DNA of 55,610 bases, filler included, from Bipalium vagum (Eukaryota): the NCBI GenBank assembly GCA_037834085.1. It is 3 parts of 3 records of this genome, joined end to end, with 100 filler letters (N's around TTAATTAATTAA, not from the genome) between each part and the next. Parts side by side here need not be neighbours in the genome. Positions count along the whole stretch, not along the records: positions 37,521 to 55,610 come from JBBMKC010040965.1; 2 more parts are not named here. One strand, written 5' to 3'. Of this stretch, positions 37,521 to 50,520 are shown in pieces. The notes beneath the pieces were generated by a model. It saw only the letters and a list, made by a program, of their open reading frames with translations. It was not told where the DNA came from and did not search any database. How positions within the stretch are numbered: position 1 is the stretch's first letter; the number at the start of each line of letters is the position of its first letter. Both the position numbers and the translations under genes were made by a program.

Positions 37521-38580
37521 ATTACTAAAACATCTTATCTTAATAAATGACATTATCATTTATGAAAACGTCACTTTCAACTTGTACACCTAATATTTTA
37601 AGAAAGAACACCATGATTGACAATTTAACTATACAACCAAAGACTTTAAATCATATTGCAAATACATATAAAAGCCAGCGTAAAATCATTATTCTGATAT
37701 GTCCGTTAATCATAATGCATCCATTTAGAATAAAAAAACCAAATATACATATTAAAAACGAACTTTTTTCTGGATACCCTAATATAAAAAGAAATTTTGC
37801 AAATTTTATTTTGACACTTTTGGACATAATTTAATAAATACTACTAAAGATTTCGTATCTTTTAACATTTTATCTTTCTCAATATATTACTAAAGTCCAA
37901 TTCATTATTTATTAGACTTAGATGCTTAAAATTTTATTTAAATGACATTTAAAAATGTACTAAAAATCGAAAAATTTTCTAGGTCGTCCGGTTATTAAAA
38001 CTTATCCGACTTTTGGATTAAGAGTGATGGATTTAAGTTGATTGGAGGAACTAACGAATGTTAATTTGTGTAAAAGCAACTCAATATTATTCAAATGAAA
38101 ATAAGTATTATGTGATAAGGAATATTTAGAGCTTTGGTGAGAAGGACTCAAGTGAAGAGATTTAATATTTTCTGTGAACTATTGGATCATTGATTAAGAG
38201 AAGATAATAAATACGAAATTAGATTTGACCACGGACGTGTCAATTTAATCGAAAAATCTGATATATTTTGAACCGAATTGAAAAGTTACTCTAGTGGAAT
38301 CATCAAATGGTTTCATCATCATATTTTCATACAATTTTAATAATAAAATTAACATTAATTTGGAACCCTACAACTTGAATGTAATAAATCCCACGCACGG
38401 TATATTTAGCGTTTTCGTCAGTCAACCGTAAATGAAATTAATTTCTTATTTATTCCTTAAAATTTTTTAAATTGACATTACATTTTTTTATAAAAGAAAA
38501 ATTATTTTTTTAAATACTTCGGCTTGTTCGGCTTTTTATCTTTGATATTATCGTCTAATGATAATGACGGACTTTGAAAT

Positions 38581-38587
38581 TATAAAT
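38581..38587 (+). promoter_or_regulatory. Candidate TATA box of the tyrosinase gene
   Basis: TATAAAT 51 nt upstream of the ATG, which fits a short 5' UTR. Position is the only evidence. Confidence 0.35.
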
Positions 38588-38631
38588 AAAATGTTATTAT
38601 CTTCACACTTTGAAGAAATCACTTGATTTTA

Positions 38632-40205
38632 ATGTTGGATCAAATACTAAGATTTTTCATTTTTTCATTCTGCTTCGTCATTTCAGTAAGATGTTTGATA
38701 CCAAATGTCTGTGTTCATAATGCCACTACTACTGGGGTTTGCTGTCCATCAGCCAAATGGTCGAGTGAAGCTTGTGGAGGTCCCAGAAGAGGAATTTGTG
38801 CCAAAGTTAATTATATTAATCAAAGAATTCCTGAAATTTTTAAGTACGATGACAGAGTAGAATGGCCTAAAAGATTTTTTCATTCGGTTTGTCATTGTAA
38901 AGACAATTTTTTTGGTTTCGCTTGTGACGAATGCTTTTATGGATGGGAAGGAAAAGATTGTGATAAACGTATACTAATTGTCCGTAGAAATTTGAAACGG
39001 TTAAGTCCCAAAGATAAATACATCGTGAGAACCGTGATAGATCGTAGCTTATATTTTCCATCTGATTATAGTATATACATAGATAAGGAAAATAAAGAAA
39101 ATGACCCAATGACAATGCCGACGAAGTGGGTTCCGGCGTCAATTCAGTACATGTTAGTATTCATTCACAGATTCGGAAGTAGAGCAACCATGTTTGAGGA
39201 TTACTTAGATTGTCAGAATTTTGGAATTCTCAATTTTAATCATGAAGCCATAGGATTTCTTACTTGGCATCGTTTTTATATGATGTTTTGGGAACGACTT
39301 CTTCAGAAAATAGCAAAAAAGGAATTTGGAATTAATAATTTTGCGTTGCCATACTGGGACTGGACTGATCAAACGTCCTGTGATATTTGCACAAATGATA
39401 TGGCAGGCGCACCTGGATTGAGACATCTCGATGGTGTACGAATTAGCCAGCAAAGTCCATTCAGTAATTGGACTGAATTTTGCGTAGAACCAGATAATTC
39501 TGATGAATCTCCCTGTTATGGATGTCATGTAACTGGAACTTATGGAACAATTACCAGAGAATGGAATAACCTCGATTTCCCAACCAGTGCTGATATAAAT
39601 TTCGTACTCTCTAAAAGAAGGTAAGACACCCTTTCAATTAGTCTTTAATGTACACCCTAAATTCTGATTGTTACAGATTTCATGTGCAAGGAGAACGAAT
39701 AACCGATATCCAATGTGAATCATTTCATAGGGCCTTAGAAGGAATGTGCGGTCAACAGGATCAAGCCAGTGATTTATTTTATATGCATAATAAGATCCAC
39801 AACATGATCGATGGTTCAATGTGTTGCAGTGGTACAGCCCCTAGCGATCCGATATTCATTTTTCATCACACTCAAATTGACAGAATCTTTGAGGTTAAAA
39901 GATTAATCACGTTTGATACTTATAATTATTTCATACAGGAATACTTAAATCGCTATAAGCCATCACTGGATGAATTTCCTGATAACAATGCTAGACCAGG
40001 ACATTCTAGGCATTCTTATCTTGTGTCGTTTTTTCCTTTGATAACTCACGCTCAACTGTTCAAAATATCAAAACCTCTGGGTTACACCTATGACGATTTC
40101 AATTTCGGAATGAAGAAAATTAATGTTGAACCTATTATCCAGCGAAGACAGAATTTGAGAAACTTCGATGATAAACATTTGGAATCACCTTTTATGTGGG
40201 ACTAA
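38632..40205 (+). CDS. tyr: Secreted tyrosinase (type-3 copper phenol oxidase), 490 aa, 3 exons
   Basis: Exons 38632-39620, 39677-39893, 39939-40205 (1473 nt). N-terminal signal peptide; Cys-rich EGF-like region (IPNVC..CCP..CGGPRRGIC..DDRVEWP..CHCKDNFFGFACDEC..GWEGKDC). CuA His in FIHRF and NHEAIGFLTWHR; LPYWDW; CuB His in MHNKIHN and DPIFIFHHTQIDRIFE. No C-terminal TM helix. Confidence 0.95.
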
Positions 40206-41639
40206 ATCGACATTTAGAGTTTTGAAGAGTTTATAATGACAATTTCAAAGTTCAATAATAATAATAATAATAATGAAAATAGTAAACAATAATAATAATT
40301 GTAATAATAATAATATTAATAATAAAATTTCAACATATTTATAGTTTAAAAACAACTTAAAATATAATTAATACTTATTTAAATTAATACTAATATTTTT
40401 AGACCATTTATTAATAAAGTTGAAGAAAATTATCAAAGTATTGATAATATTTTGTAAATATAGAGTGCAATCAAATTATTGGAATGTTTAATGATATTTA
40501 ATAGTTGTAATAATATACAATTTAAAGTAATAATAATTAAAAATTAAAGAATTGTTCAATATTTAGTGTATCAAAATCTGACCCAGACTCTTATGTGGTG
40601 CAAAATAACAACAATCAGTAAAGCAAATATAATTTGTATTTATATCACAATGGTTCGCACAAACTACGCTGATAAAAATAATAAAAAATTGTCAATTCAA
40701 TAAAAGGATCACCAGAAATAGTAATTGTCAAAAATTAACCAAAAGTTAATAAAAACCAAACAGTTAATGACAAATTTTTAATCGAACGTTAATCAAACTT
40801 GAGTTAATTATAAAAAACAAACAAAATAATAATAATTATTATCAATTAAAGAAAATTAATGAAAACATAATAAATAAAATATCTTAGGGTTAAACTTCAG
40901 CTAAAACTCCCGAGCTATCATCTGACCCCTAACGGTTGCTCACCGATAATCTCAATGAGGAATTCATAACAATAATCTGCGTAATAGTCAAAACTGGAAT
41001 TATGTCTTCATCAAATTCTGGAAGTAATTTAACAAAATTATGTGCTTCATAATAGAATCAAAATAATATTTGCTACATTTATAGTAATTTTATATTAGTA
41101 ACTTTAAACTCATAATTTATATTGAGCCCTCACTTAGTTAACTTTTTCATGAATCAAAATAACCAAGATTAACTTTACCGTATGAATCAAATTAATCAGA
41201 GTGACACTTTCCTTCAGCACATTACTAACTCTATGGGTCGTGTCTTTGGCAAATCCAAAATATTTATGATTTTGTTGAAAGAATTATTTTAATATTTTCA
41301 AGTTTTAAGGTAACTTTATTAAGAATTCACATTTTAAAATCAATATTGCATTAATAATGGAAAATTATAAATTTTAATTGATTCATATTTTAATAATTAA
41401 TGATTAAATTAAAATTATATAAAATTAATTTTTAAGATTAATTATAACCAATTGTATAGAAATAAAACTAAAATAAGAATATATAAATAATAGGTTAATT
41501 AAAAACTAAAAGAAAACATGACAATCAATATAAAGACCATTTAGTTAAATAAATTGTATGAAAAATAAAAAATTAAGATAAAAGTGTTTAATTTTAAAGA
41601 TATGGCTGACATCACTAGTTTTGAGGGGTTTTACTTATA

Positions 41640-42249
41640 AGTTATACCTATATTCTGCGTTCATATTAATATTATTGGGTCCAATTTTCTGGTTTTCATC
41701 AATTCCATCTTTTCGAAAATATTCTAAATTTTTAATATTAAAACTTTCCCCCACAGACTCCATGAATAAATTTCAGTTAATACATCTTCTAAATTTTCAT
41801 ACACTTGAAAAAATTTCCATCATTTCTATAAGCTGATGAACTGATTCATTTTTAATGATGTATTCGGAAATATTATTGAATCCACAATCCCTTGCTTTCA
41901 ATATTTTGCTTTCTCGGAAAATTTAAATGTGATCATTAACGTCTTTCTATAAATCTATAAGGTATTAAAGATTCATAATTAAAAAAATTCCTTCATGTTT
42001 ATCAGTGCAGTTATACTTACTTTCCTATCTGTTTTGTAGACAGGTTTGCTCGATTTTCCGGTTAGAATGAGAGCTAGTGATGTAATTTCGTCCACATATA
42101 CCCGCTTGCTTAACCTTCAAAGTTGAATTATTGTCCAAATTGTTTCTATCCTGTTTACAAGGGATTTCAAAACAAATTTTATAGACGTTATTTACTTCAG
42201 AGAATAAGTGATATTCAAAAGAATTTCGTTGGACATTTCCTTTTTCCAT
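41640..42249 (-). pseudogene. Decayed ORF relic of unknown origin
   Basis: The 74-aa ORF 42249-42025 continues in the same frame past TAG for about 90 more protein-like codons with three further stops, then probably frameshifts. No family recognised. Confidence 0.3.
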
Positions 42250-42479
42250 TTCAAAAATTGATAACTTCTCAAAACTTTGCTATAGCAACTTATATTTAAA
42301 CTATACTTTAAACATAATTATTACACGATAAATGAGTAATCGGATTATATTAAAAATAAGGGTTACATTTGTCTATTATATTAAAAAATGAGGTTTCAAG
42401 AGTTATGTATATTCTCCAAAAATGACACAAACGTTCAAAACCATTTCGCCTCATTAATTTTCAATTTTTAAAGTTACAA

Positions 42480-42960
42480 TTACCACAAGTTTATTCTGCA
42501 GAACAGCTTTTAAGCTACTCTTCGATGCGTCAATAAATAATCTCCACTCCGCATCATTGAGTTCTAAACCCATATATGAAATCAGTCCGGAATGTCAGAG
42601 CAGTATATCAATTCACCATTAGTTTTAAAGAATTTAAAATTGTAGATCACAATATCGAAGTACCTGGAACCAATAAGTTTCTTTCCTTGAGTCTTGAAGT
42701 CAAAAAATCACATGACACTTAGTAAATTTAAATCTTAAGGCTGTCAAATTCGTCTTGTGAAAATAACTTTGGTCGTTTGTTTTCATCGGGATTAAATAAA
42801 TCATTACTGTAATTCTCATTCTCCGAAATTTCAGGAAGCTCCAAAAGTTATATAGCAAAGGTAATATATTTGAGGGAATGATTGGATGTTTACCTTATAT
42901 TTGTTTTGTTTGTTTATACCTTTTAAGTTAGTCTTACAAAAATAACAGTCGGTTGTATAA
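42480..42960 (-). mobile_element. DNA transposase relic, Chapaev3/CMC-like
   Basis: Minus strand reads TTDCYFCKTNLKGIN ... LTSRLKERNLLVPGT ... ELIYCSDI/GLISYMG..AEWRLFIDASKSSLKAVLQN. The DCYFC and EWRLFIDxSKxSLKAVL motifs are recalled from Chapaev3-type transposases. Confidence 0.6.
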
Positions 42961-43046
42961 TTGGTAGGTATAAGGAGTGGTTTGAAATATTGTTTTGAAT
43001 GAATTTTTTTAAAACAGAAAATTAAAAGAATGTCTGCAGCAGAATA

Positions 43047-43252
43047 TAACTTGGCGACATCACTAAGACACCAACCAGCGGACGAGGTCTCGAAAGTTAA
43101 AAAGCAGAGTAAGGAAAATGAAATGAAAATAAGAGACTCGGAGCTGTTAAGTGCCGGGATCTGAGTTTTAAAGGAGGGGGATGTGAGATAAATTGAAATT
43201 AGTCGGGAGATGTAGCTCAGCTTTCACAGTAGTCCATGCGCATGTGAAAGGT
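43047..43252 (+). mobile_element. Partial second copy of the tRNA-LTR TRIM
   Basis: PBS TGGCGAC at 43052; shared internal motif GACACCAACCAGCGG; PPT AAAGGAGGGGGA at 43170-43181. The LTR starts at 43182 with TGTGAGATAAATTGAAATTAGTC..GATGTAGCTCAG..AGTCCATG..CATGTGAAAGGT and is truncated before the B box. Confidence 0.8.
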
Positions 43253-43254
43253 GT

Positions 43255-44225
43255 TTCTCATTATTACATGTCAAATTCGAGTGCAATGAAGAGGGAATCT
43301 GCTTCAAACTGTTTCAACATCTAGATTCAAGCTATGAGAATGAAGCAATTGTGAATCCAATTGATGCAAAAGTTGTATCGAAAAAGCTTCACAATTTAAT
43401 CAATCATGCTTGAAATCGCAGCTGGAACAGCCAAGCAAGTGCAGGTCGGTTTGCATCAACAATTGGTCAATCAACATTATCGAATACTCCAATCTTCAAC
43501 GGTGAAATATCAATCGCAGCTTGGTGTTTCATTCACTGAGCAAGATCTTACTCAATTCATAATAAATGCTCGTCATGGCTTAAAATTCAGTGAATGCCGA
43601 AGGTGCAATGAACAAGAAGAGACATTGTCTCATGTTCTTGTCAATTGCATTCCATCAACGCTGAAAGTCAATACGTCAATTCAACAAAAAGTGTTGACCC
43701 TCAAATTGAGTTCACTGACCGCAAAGTCATGTATGATACAGAGACAAATATTTTCTGGAATCATGAGAAGAATCTCATTCACTATCAAGATCTTCTCGAC
43801 CAGACCAAGAAAGCCCTACCAGATCAGATTGTTTTCTTAGGCACGTTCGCAGTTTGATGCCTTGGATCATGGCAAAAGTGAAATGAAATACTGAAAAGTT
43901 TCCAGTTTCCTAAGTGCGAAATAACAAAAATCGGAAAATTCTGTGTTGCTTCAAATATAAAATGGAGAGCTGTGCAAAGGGAATTTTACAGAGATGTTGG
44001 GAAGCTATCAGTGAACTTCTCCGATCTCCACGAAATTGAAGATGAAAATCTCAATGACAACCAAAATCAATGCCTGAATGATGATGCTGATGAAGATCTT
44101 GACGACTGCGATGACGACCTGATCCAAAATGAAGAATAAAGAAAGTGATAATAGGCGTACATTTATGTGCATACGATTAATTTCTTGAAAGAAGACTCTT
44201 GTTTTTTTAAATAAAATAAACAGCA
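43255..44225 (+). mobile_element. 3' fragment of an RLE-type non-LTR retrotransposon (NeSL/R2/R4-like)
   Basis: FIINARHGL followed by CCHC knuckle CRRCNEQEETLSHVLVNC, then a frameshifted downstream ..FAV*CLGSW..NEIL segment typical of the restriction-like endonuclease C-terminus. An acidic tail and A-rich end follow. Confidence 0.7.
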
Positions 44226-44458
44226 AACGACATGCTTCTTATTTTATCAGAAAACCACTTTGTCAAGGGAGTATCACAAGCAATAAAAATTATGTGAGGT
44301 GTTCAGTTTTAGTCTTGTTTTACAAATTTTCATAATTAGAATAATATATTTTTTAATTTCGTTGGTAATTGATTTTCTCTGATCAATGTTCGTGAAGAAT
44401 TCACAAAGATAACAGATAAAGCATTGTTATGTAAATAAACTCTTAAAATAATTAAGTA

Positions 44459-45624
44459 TTAGGTTGTCCGGAAAGTCTTTTCGGTAATCATGATAACAAA
44501 AAAGTCACAAAATTTTGTTCAACAATTAGTTTCCATCTTGTAAATAAATTTTAATAATTTAAATATTTCCCATCGCTTTTGACACACTGTTGCCATCGGG
44601 ATAATAACATGTGGTCTTGCATCATCCTGAAGCAAGATCGGCCCTTTTCGGTTTACAAGACCTGGTTGTTTTTGAATCAGTTTTGTGTGCATAGCCTCAA
44701 TTTCTTGACAGTATGACTGTGCGGTAATCGTTTCACCTGATTTCAAGAAATTGTAATGTATTAAGCCATCCTTAGACCCCCACACAGTTATAATCTTCTT
44801 GGGGTGAAGGCTTGGTTTAGACATGGTTTTCGGCTTCTCATCAGCATTTAACCATAGCGCTGATCGTCTAAGATTGTTGTACACAATCCACTTTTCGAGA
44901 CAAAAAGGGATCAATTTGGTTCAGATTTATTAATGACGAACAGATTTGCAATCGATTTTTTGTTGATTTTCTGTTAAATCAGGGGGAATCCATGAATCAA
45001 GCTTCTTAACCTTACCAATCTCTTTTAGATGGATGGAAATTGTTAATTTTGACACACAGGGAACTTGAGCAAGTTTTCTCACATTTGTTCGAGTATTTTC
45101 TTCGACAGCTGACTTCAATTGGGCTTCATTTAAGAGGGACTTGGGTCTTCCGCGGTCTTGGTTTTGGAGACTTAGGTCCCCGTCTCGAAATTTTTTGAAT
45201 CATATCTGTGTTGTTCTTTCGCTTATACTACCTTCACCCCATGCAGGATTAATGTTTCGAGTTGCTTCTGATGCATTGTGGTTAAGTTTGAACTCGTATA
45301 ATAAGCATACTCGAATTTTTTGATCAGCCATGCCTAGTAAAGAACGATAAAAAACTTTTACTTTAAATTAATATGGTTACTTTTATATTTATATTAAAGT
45401 TTGAAAGTTACTCTTTAATTTGGTATATATAAACAAACAATTTATTGTTAACCTTTGTGATTAACTTTAATTTGAAAATTAATATAAAAAATCCTCAATT
45501 TTATACTGGACAACCTAATACTATAATTTAAAAAATTACATTAACTGTTTATTGCACTCAAATAAAAAAAGCAATTAACATCTTCCACATTGCAAAAACT
45601 GAAAAGACTTTCTGGACAACCTAA
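44459..45624 (-). mobile_element. mariner element with both TIRs, internally deleted transposase
   Basis: TA-TTAGGTTGTCCGGAAAGTCTTTTC at 44457 and the inverse GAAAAGACTTTCTGGACAACCTAA-TA ending at 45624. Transposase runs from CAT 45331 (MADQKIRVCLLYEFKL..RGRP..KKLDSWIPPDLT..EKWIVYNN..LLQDDARPHV). The YSPDL/third-Asp region is deleted. Confidence 0.92.
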
Positions 45625-48600
45625 TAAATAATTGAATTGTTGTCCAAAGCAACCAAACCAGCTTTCTTATCCGCTCCATGTGATCAGCTCAGACATAACA
45701 GTGAAAAGTATCAATGAATTCTACATGAGACAACGATAATGGCCAATTAAAAATTACAAAATTCGAGTTTTAAATAAATTAATAAAATATTAGAGTAAAT
45801 ATTATAAATGAAATCAAAAGATTTACGAAAACGTGTTAAGATTGAAAAATATGACAGCATTAAAGTTTATTGTCATCGAACAATCCATGTTGACTTAGGG
45901 ATATGTAAAAGAAAACTGGGTTGACCTTGTTAGCAGTCATTACGAGAGGCGCGCTCAGAAATCGATGGACATGAAATATATGTTCTCCCAAATTTGAAAA
46001 GATGCAAAAATTTATATCGGTTTTTGAATCTTTTGCGTCAAGAGATCTACAAAGAGGATCGGAAAGCAAATTCCAAATTTCAACTGAACAGCAATGATAA
46101 ATTAAGAGCGTTTTATTCATTTTAATTAAAATTTAGTGAATTTTTCTTCAGGTAACATCCTGACCGTTGATTATAGTGTTCATTGAAATCCAAATATACG
46201 TCTCCAGCCTCTTCTCATTCTGTCCCAAAGAAGTTGTGAAAACCGTCAATAAAAAACTCTTGCCAACTCTTTTTCCGGAATGTTTTTTCAAATTTTAATT
46301 AAAATCAAGGAGAAAATTTTAATTTGTAAAAAAAACATAAAATGGTAAAAATATTTTTACTAAAACATTTTGACTTAATATTACCATACCATATTTTATA
46401 AATCTATTATGGAGCTCATTATTTCTGTTCATTAATTTCTAATCATTCAAAACAGAGAGACTAATTTCCCAGGAGAATGAACTTACCATGGAAAATTTAG
46501 ATCAGAGGATTTTATAAATGCTTAACCGTTAACTACAGGCAAGGATAATTCAGAGTACCTCTTACCCTATTCAACTATTAACATTAAATTTTATGATCTC
46601 AGCGTACACTTCATGGCCATGTCTCTTGTTAATCAGAATCTATTAGCGATCAATTAACAAATGAGTTTTTCATCTAATTTTCTCTTTACGGCTTAATATT
46701 ATACATTTTCAAAATTAAAATTCTTTCGAATTAATAAATTTCGTTAATTAATTTTTAAAATTGCAAATTTAATGCGAAATTCAAACAAGTTGAATTTCCA
46801 TTTTTTATAGAAACACCAAAAATTTTAGAATTAAGTGAAATTGAAATATTAAATAAAAATATTATTTTTCTCAAGACTTGAATTTATTTTGTTACGGTAT
46901 TTCAATTTTTATCAAATACGAATAAATAATAATTTTTAAAAATAAAATGTAATAAAATAATAAATTATTTTAATTTACTTTCTTTTTATAAATTTAATTA
47001 AAATCATTTAAAATTGATATTTATTGATTTGAAAAAAAATTAGACAAAAATTCGTTTTACAAAATGGGAAAAACAATTGAATGGTTTCAATAAACATTTA
47101 TTTTATTATTATTACTATTAATACTTGTTTAAGACTTCTATTTAATTTTTCACTTTTAATTAAATTTTTAAAAATTATTTCTCATTGGTTAATATTTAGT
47201 CTAAAAAAATGCCACCAATATTCTCTGATTGTTGATAATATTTTTATTATTATTTTTATGCACAGAATCCTGATAGCCAATTTGAAATAAATAATAATTA
47301 TTGAAAAAGGGAAAAAATAAAACAGGAATTATTAATTTTTTGTTTTATTAAGGTCTAAATTTACTCTTATTCAATTAAGAGATAATTGAATATTTTGATT
47401 TTATTCAAAATATTTTTATCAGTATTCTAATCTAATGAATAATGTTATAAACCATTTAAATTTAATGGATATTTATGGTTCATTAAATCAAACAAAATGA
47501 CAAAGTATCTAAAGGAAATAAATCTAAATAAATATCAAAACTCAATTTTCAAAAAGATAATGTCAGTGTTAAACTCTTCTATTAATGGACAATTAACTTG
47601 ATATCACATTCAAATAAATTTAGATAATTAAATTGATTTTACTTAATATCAAAGCCGACCTACCTAGACTACGTCTGACTTTAATAGAGTCGTCTCTCAA
47701 ATCATAAAAAATAGCTATTTCTGACAAATTTAAATTATTATTTTTGAAATAATCAATGGATTATGGAAGTTATCGATATTTATGAATGCAAATGATTGTC
47801 CTTCTCTTTTCCTGCTCCACCTTATGCTCTTACCGAGACTATTTTTACTCATGATACTTATATCGTAATAATAAAAATATGGTTGAACTTCGATATCAAT
47901 ACAGGTCTTCTGTCAAGGTTAATCTATTATTTCTAATGTTATACAATTTATTTTAGAATTCAGACTTACACAGTGATTTTTTAATCAGCGGAGTTATATA
48001 TATAGTTACAAAGTGAAGCTAAAAATTAATATTACTTTGAATTTAAATAATCATTTAAAACAAAAACAAAATGCTTTAGCTATATCGAATGAGATCACAC
48101 TAGTTCGGTTGGCTATTAGTACCCAATAATGAATAAACACATTTAGTGATTTTATTTTTTTTTAAAACAAGAATTTAAAAAAAACTCTATTTATCTTTCT
48201 GTATAGTTTTTTTTCAAATAATAAATATTTTACGTTTTAAATGAATCGAAAACAATTTTTTCTTTATTTACAACACATTAGCCAGAAAAATATGTCATGG
48301 TCAGTATATTTTTTAATGAAAAAATTAAACAAGCCCAACGATAATTCTTTTAATGTTTTTAATTAAGAAAAGTGAAAAAATGAATTAAAGAAAAAATTCA
48401 GTAAAATCAATTACATTAATTACCATCCTCTTATACTGGATGAACTGTTTAGTGAGCCAGAGTCATTTCAAAGGAAGAGATCATATTACTAAAAATCATT
48501 TATATACAATAACTTTAATGATTTTCCCTTATCTCTGTTTAATCTTATCGGGAATCGTTTTTCTTTATAATTATTTTTATCATTTGTGTTATTGTCTCAG

Positions 48601-50299
48601 ACATTCTCTTTGGATTCTTTTTTATCTTTCTATTGCTGTAAAATTATAAAGTATTCTTTATGAACATTATAATGAAAATAATGGATCAGTTGCACTATAC
48701 GTGCCACCACTTGTTTAAATAATTCAAGTTCACTGTTAAATAAAAATAATGACAAAATTTTCCCACTGTTTAAAAAAATTAACAGATTTTGAATTTTTAC
48801 AATGTTTGGTGACTATAATAATACCATAGGAAAGAAGCAAAATTTTAAAATTAGTTATTTAATATTTAAGTTTAAATTGAATGTCGATTTAACAGATTAT
48901 TTTAAACAAACAAAAATTATGTAAGACCTATAATGTAACTGATCCGAAAATGGTTTTATTTAAATCTTAATTATTTATTATTTTCTAAATTATATAAATA
49001 AATAAAATTGACAATGGGAAAATTATTTGAGTTTTATTTTTCCAAATAAAAAATATTTTGTTTATGGATTTTTATAACTTTATAATTTTTATCAGGAATT
49101 TTACACAAAGGATCAATAATAATTATTTTATTTGATTTCGTGCAATTAATTAATTTAATTAAATAAATTAGTGCTATTGATTAGTCTAATCAAGTAGTCT
49201 AACTATTTAAATATTTAAAGATCAAGTTAAAAATTTATCAATAACTTTTTTACCGTTGTAAATTTTAATTAAACTTGAAAATAAAATATATCGATTTCAT
49301 GTCAATTTACCAATGAAAAATATTTATTATTCTATAAAATTAATCAATAATTTCAACTAAAATTTATGAATATTTAAATAATTAAGATAAAATATTTTTT
49401 TTATTTAAATAATTTTCAATTTTCCATTTCTTAGATGGAATATTAAACACCATAACAGATTATGTCGGATAATATTTACCGAGGAAACACGTCGATGTCT
49501 TTTTTTTTAATAATATAAGTGAGCTCTTAAAGATATGTATACCTCTTTTCATAAATTCACTGAGAATTGATTCTCATAGTTTAAACAAAGTAAGAAAAAT
49601 AAATATAAAAAAAAGATAAAATAAAAACGAAATCAAATTTGAGATTGAATGCCACAATATTTAATCAGAAAAATTACGTTAATTTCTTCAAGAGTATCCA
49701 ATCTCAAAAAAGACCAATGTATGGTCTTTACCTTTCTATCTTATTATTTTATCCACGTGTTGAATAAGATATGTAAGAAATGAAAATTTTTAATGTTGAT
49801 CCTATTTGGATCTGATTAAATATTATAAAAAGCTGATTGATATAAAAGAATTCTAATTCCTTTGCGATGACATTTATTGATTTTCAAGATAAAAGACTCA
49901 AGTCACCAAGAAATTATCGCTTTGAACAGAATTTCTGTTTTTATGGAAAATCTTTCAATTAATTAATATATTAAGATGAATATAAAAGGTAACAGAAGAA
50001 TTTGACATTTCTAATTTTTCCAAAAATTCTCAATTACTCAAATATTTTCAAATTTTTAATAGAAATTAAGGTTTTTATTTTCCTTCTTTAACAAATATTG
50101 GTTTAATAATTATTTAATGTTTTCAACTTTGTTCTTCTTTAATAATAAAATTTTAATAATTACAAATTTCAAATATAAAATATTTAATTAATATTTATTT
50201 TTAAACTCTTAGCTCATTGGTTTATTAATTTTTATACTCAATAATATTTATTTAGGTTTGTCTTATTTATTGTTCACTTTGGAATCCGTCATTTAAATC

Positions 50300-50520
50300 A
50301 TATCTCGAATTATTGAGCTCTCCGAAAAATTCGAATAAGCTAAGTGCTGGATCACATTTTTCGCATAGGAAAAAGATATACAAATGAAATTGAATTTTGA
50401 AGTAATGGTCAACGTTGGTAATGATGAGGAAAGAAAAATCTATGAATCATTACTAATCAAAAGAAATGAAATTAATTCACAAAATGCGGAAACCAATAGA
50501 TAATCATTGTTTTCTTAATT
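50300..50520 (+). mobile_element. Penelope-like GIY-YIG fragment
   Basis: RIIELS..VLDHIF..GNDEERKIYESLLIKRNEINSQNAE is clearly homologous to 21255-21495. Confidence 0.7.

Noticed and set aside
38623-38631. TTG start of the 333-aa ORF
   Set aside because: This is a eukaryotic gene; the first ATG at 38632 gives a normal signal peptide.
38867-39819. Minus-strand ORFs over tyrosinase (also 17930-18202, 24960-25241, 25343-25564, 54419-54610)
   Set aside because: Antisense shadows of real GC-richer exons, with no independent motifs.
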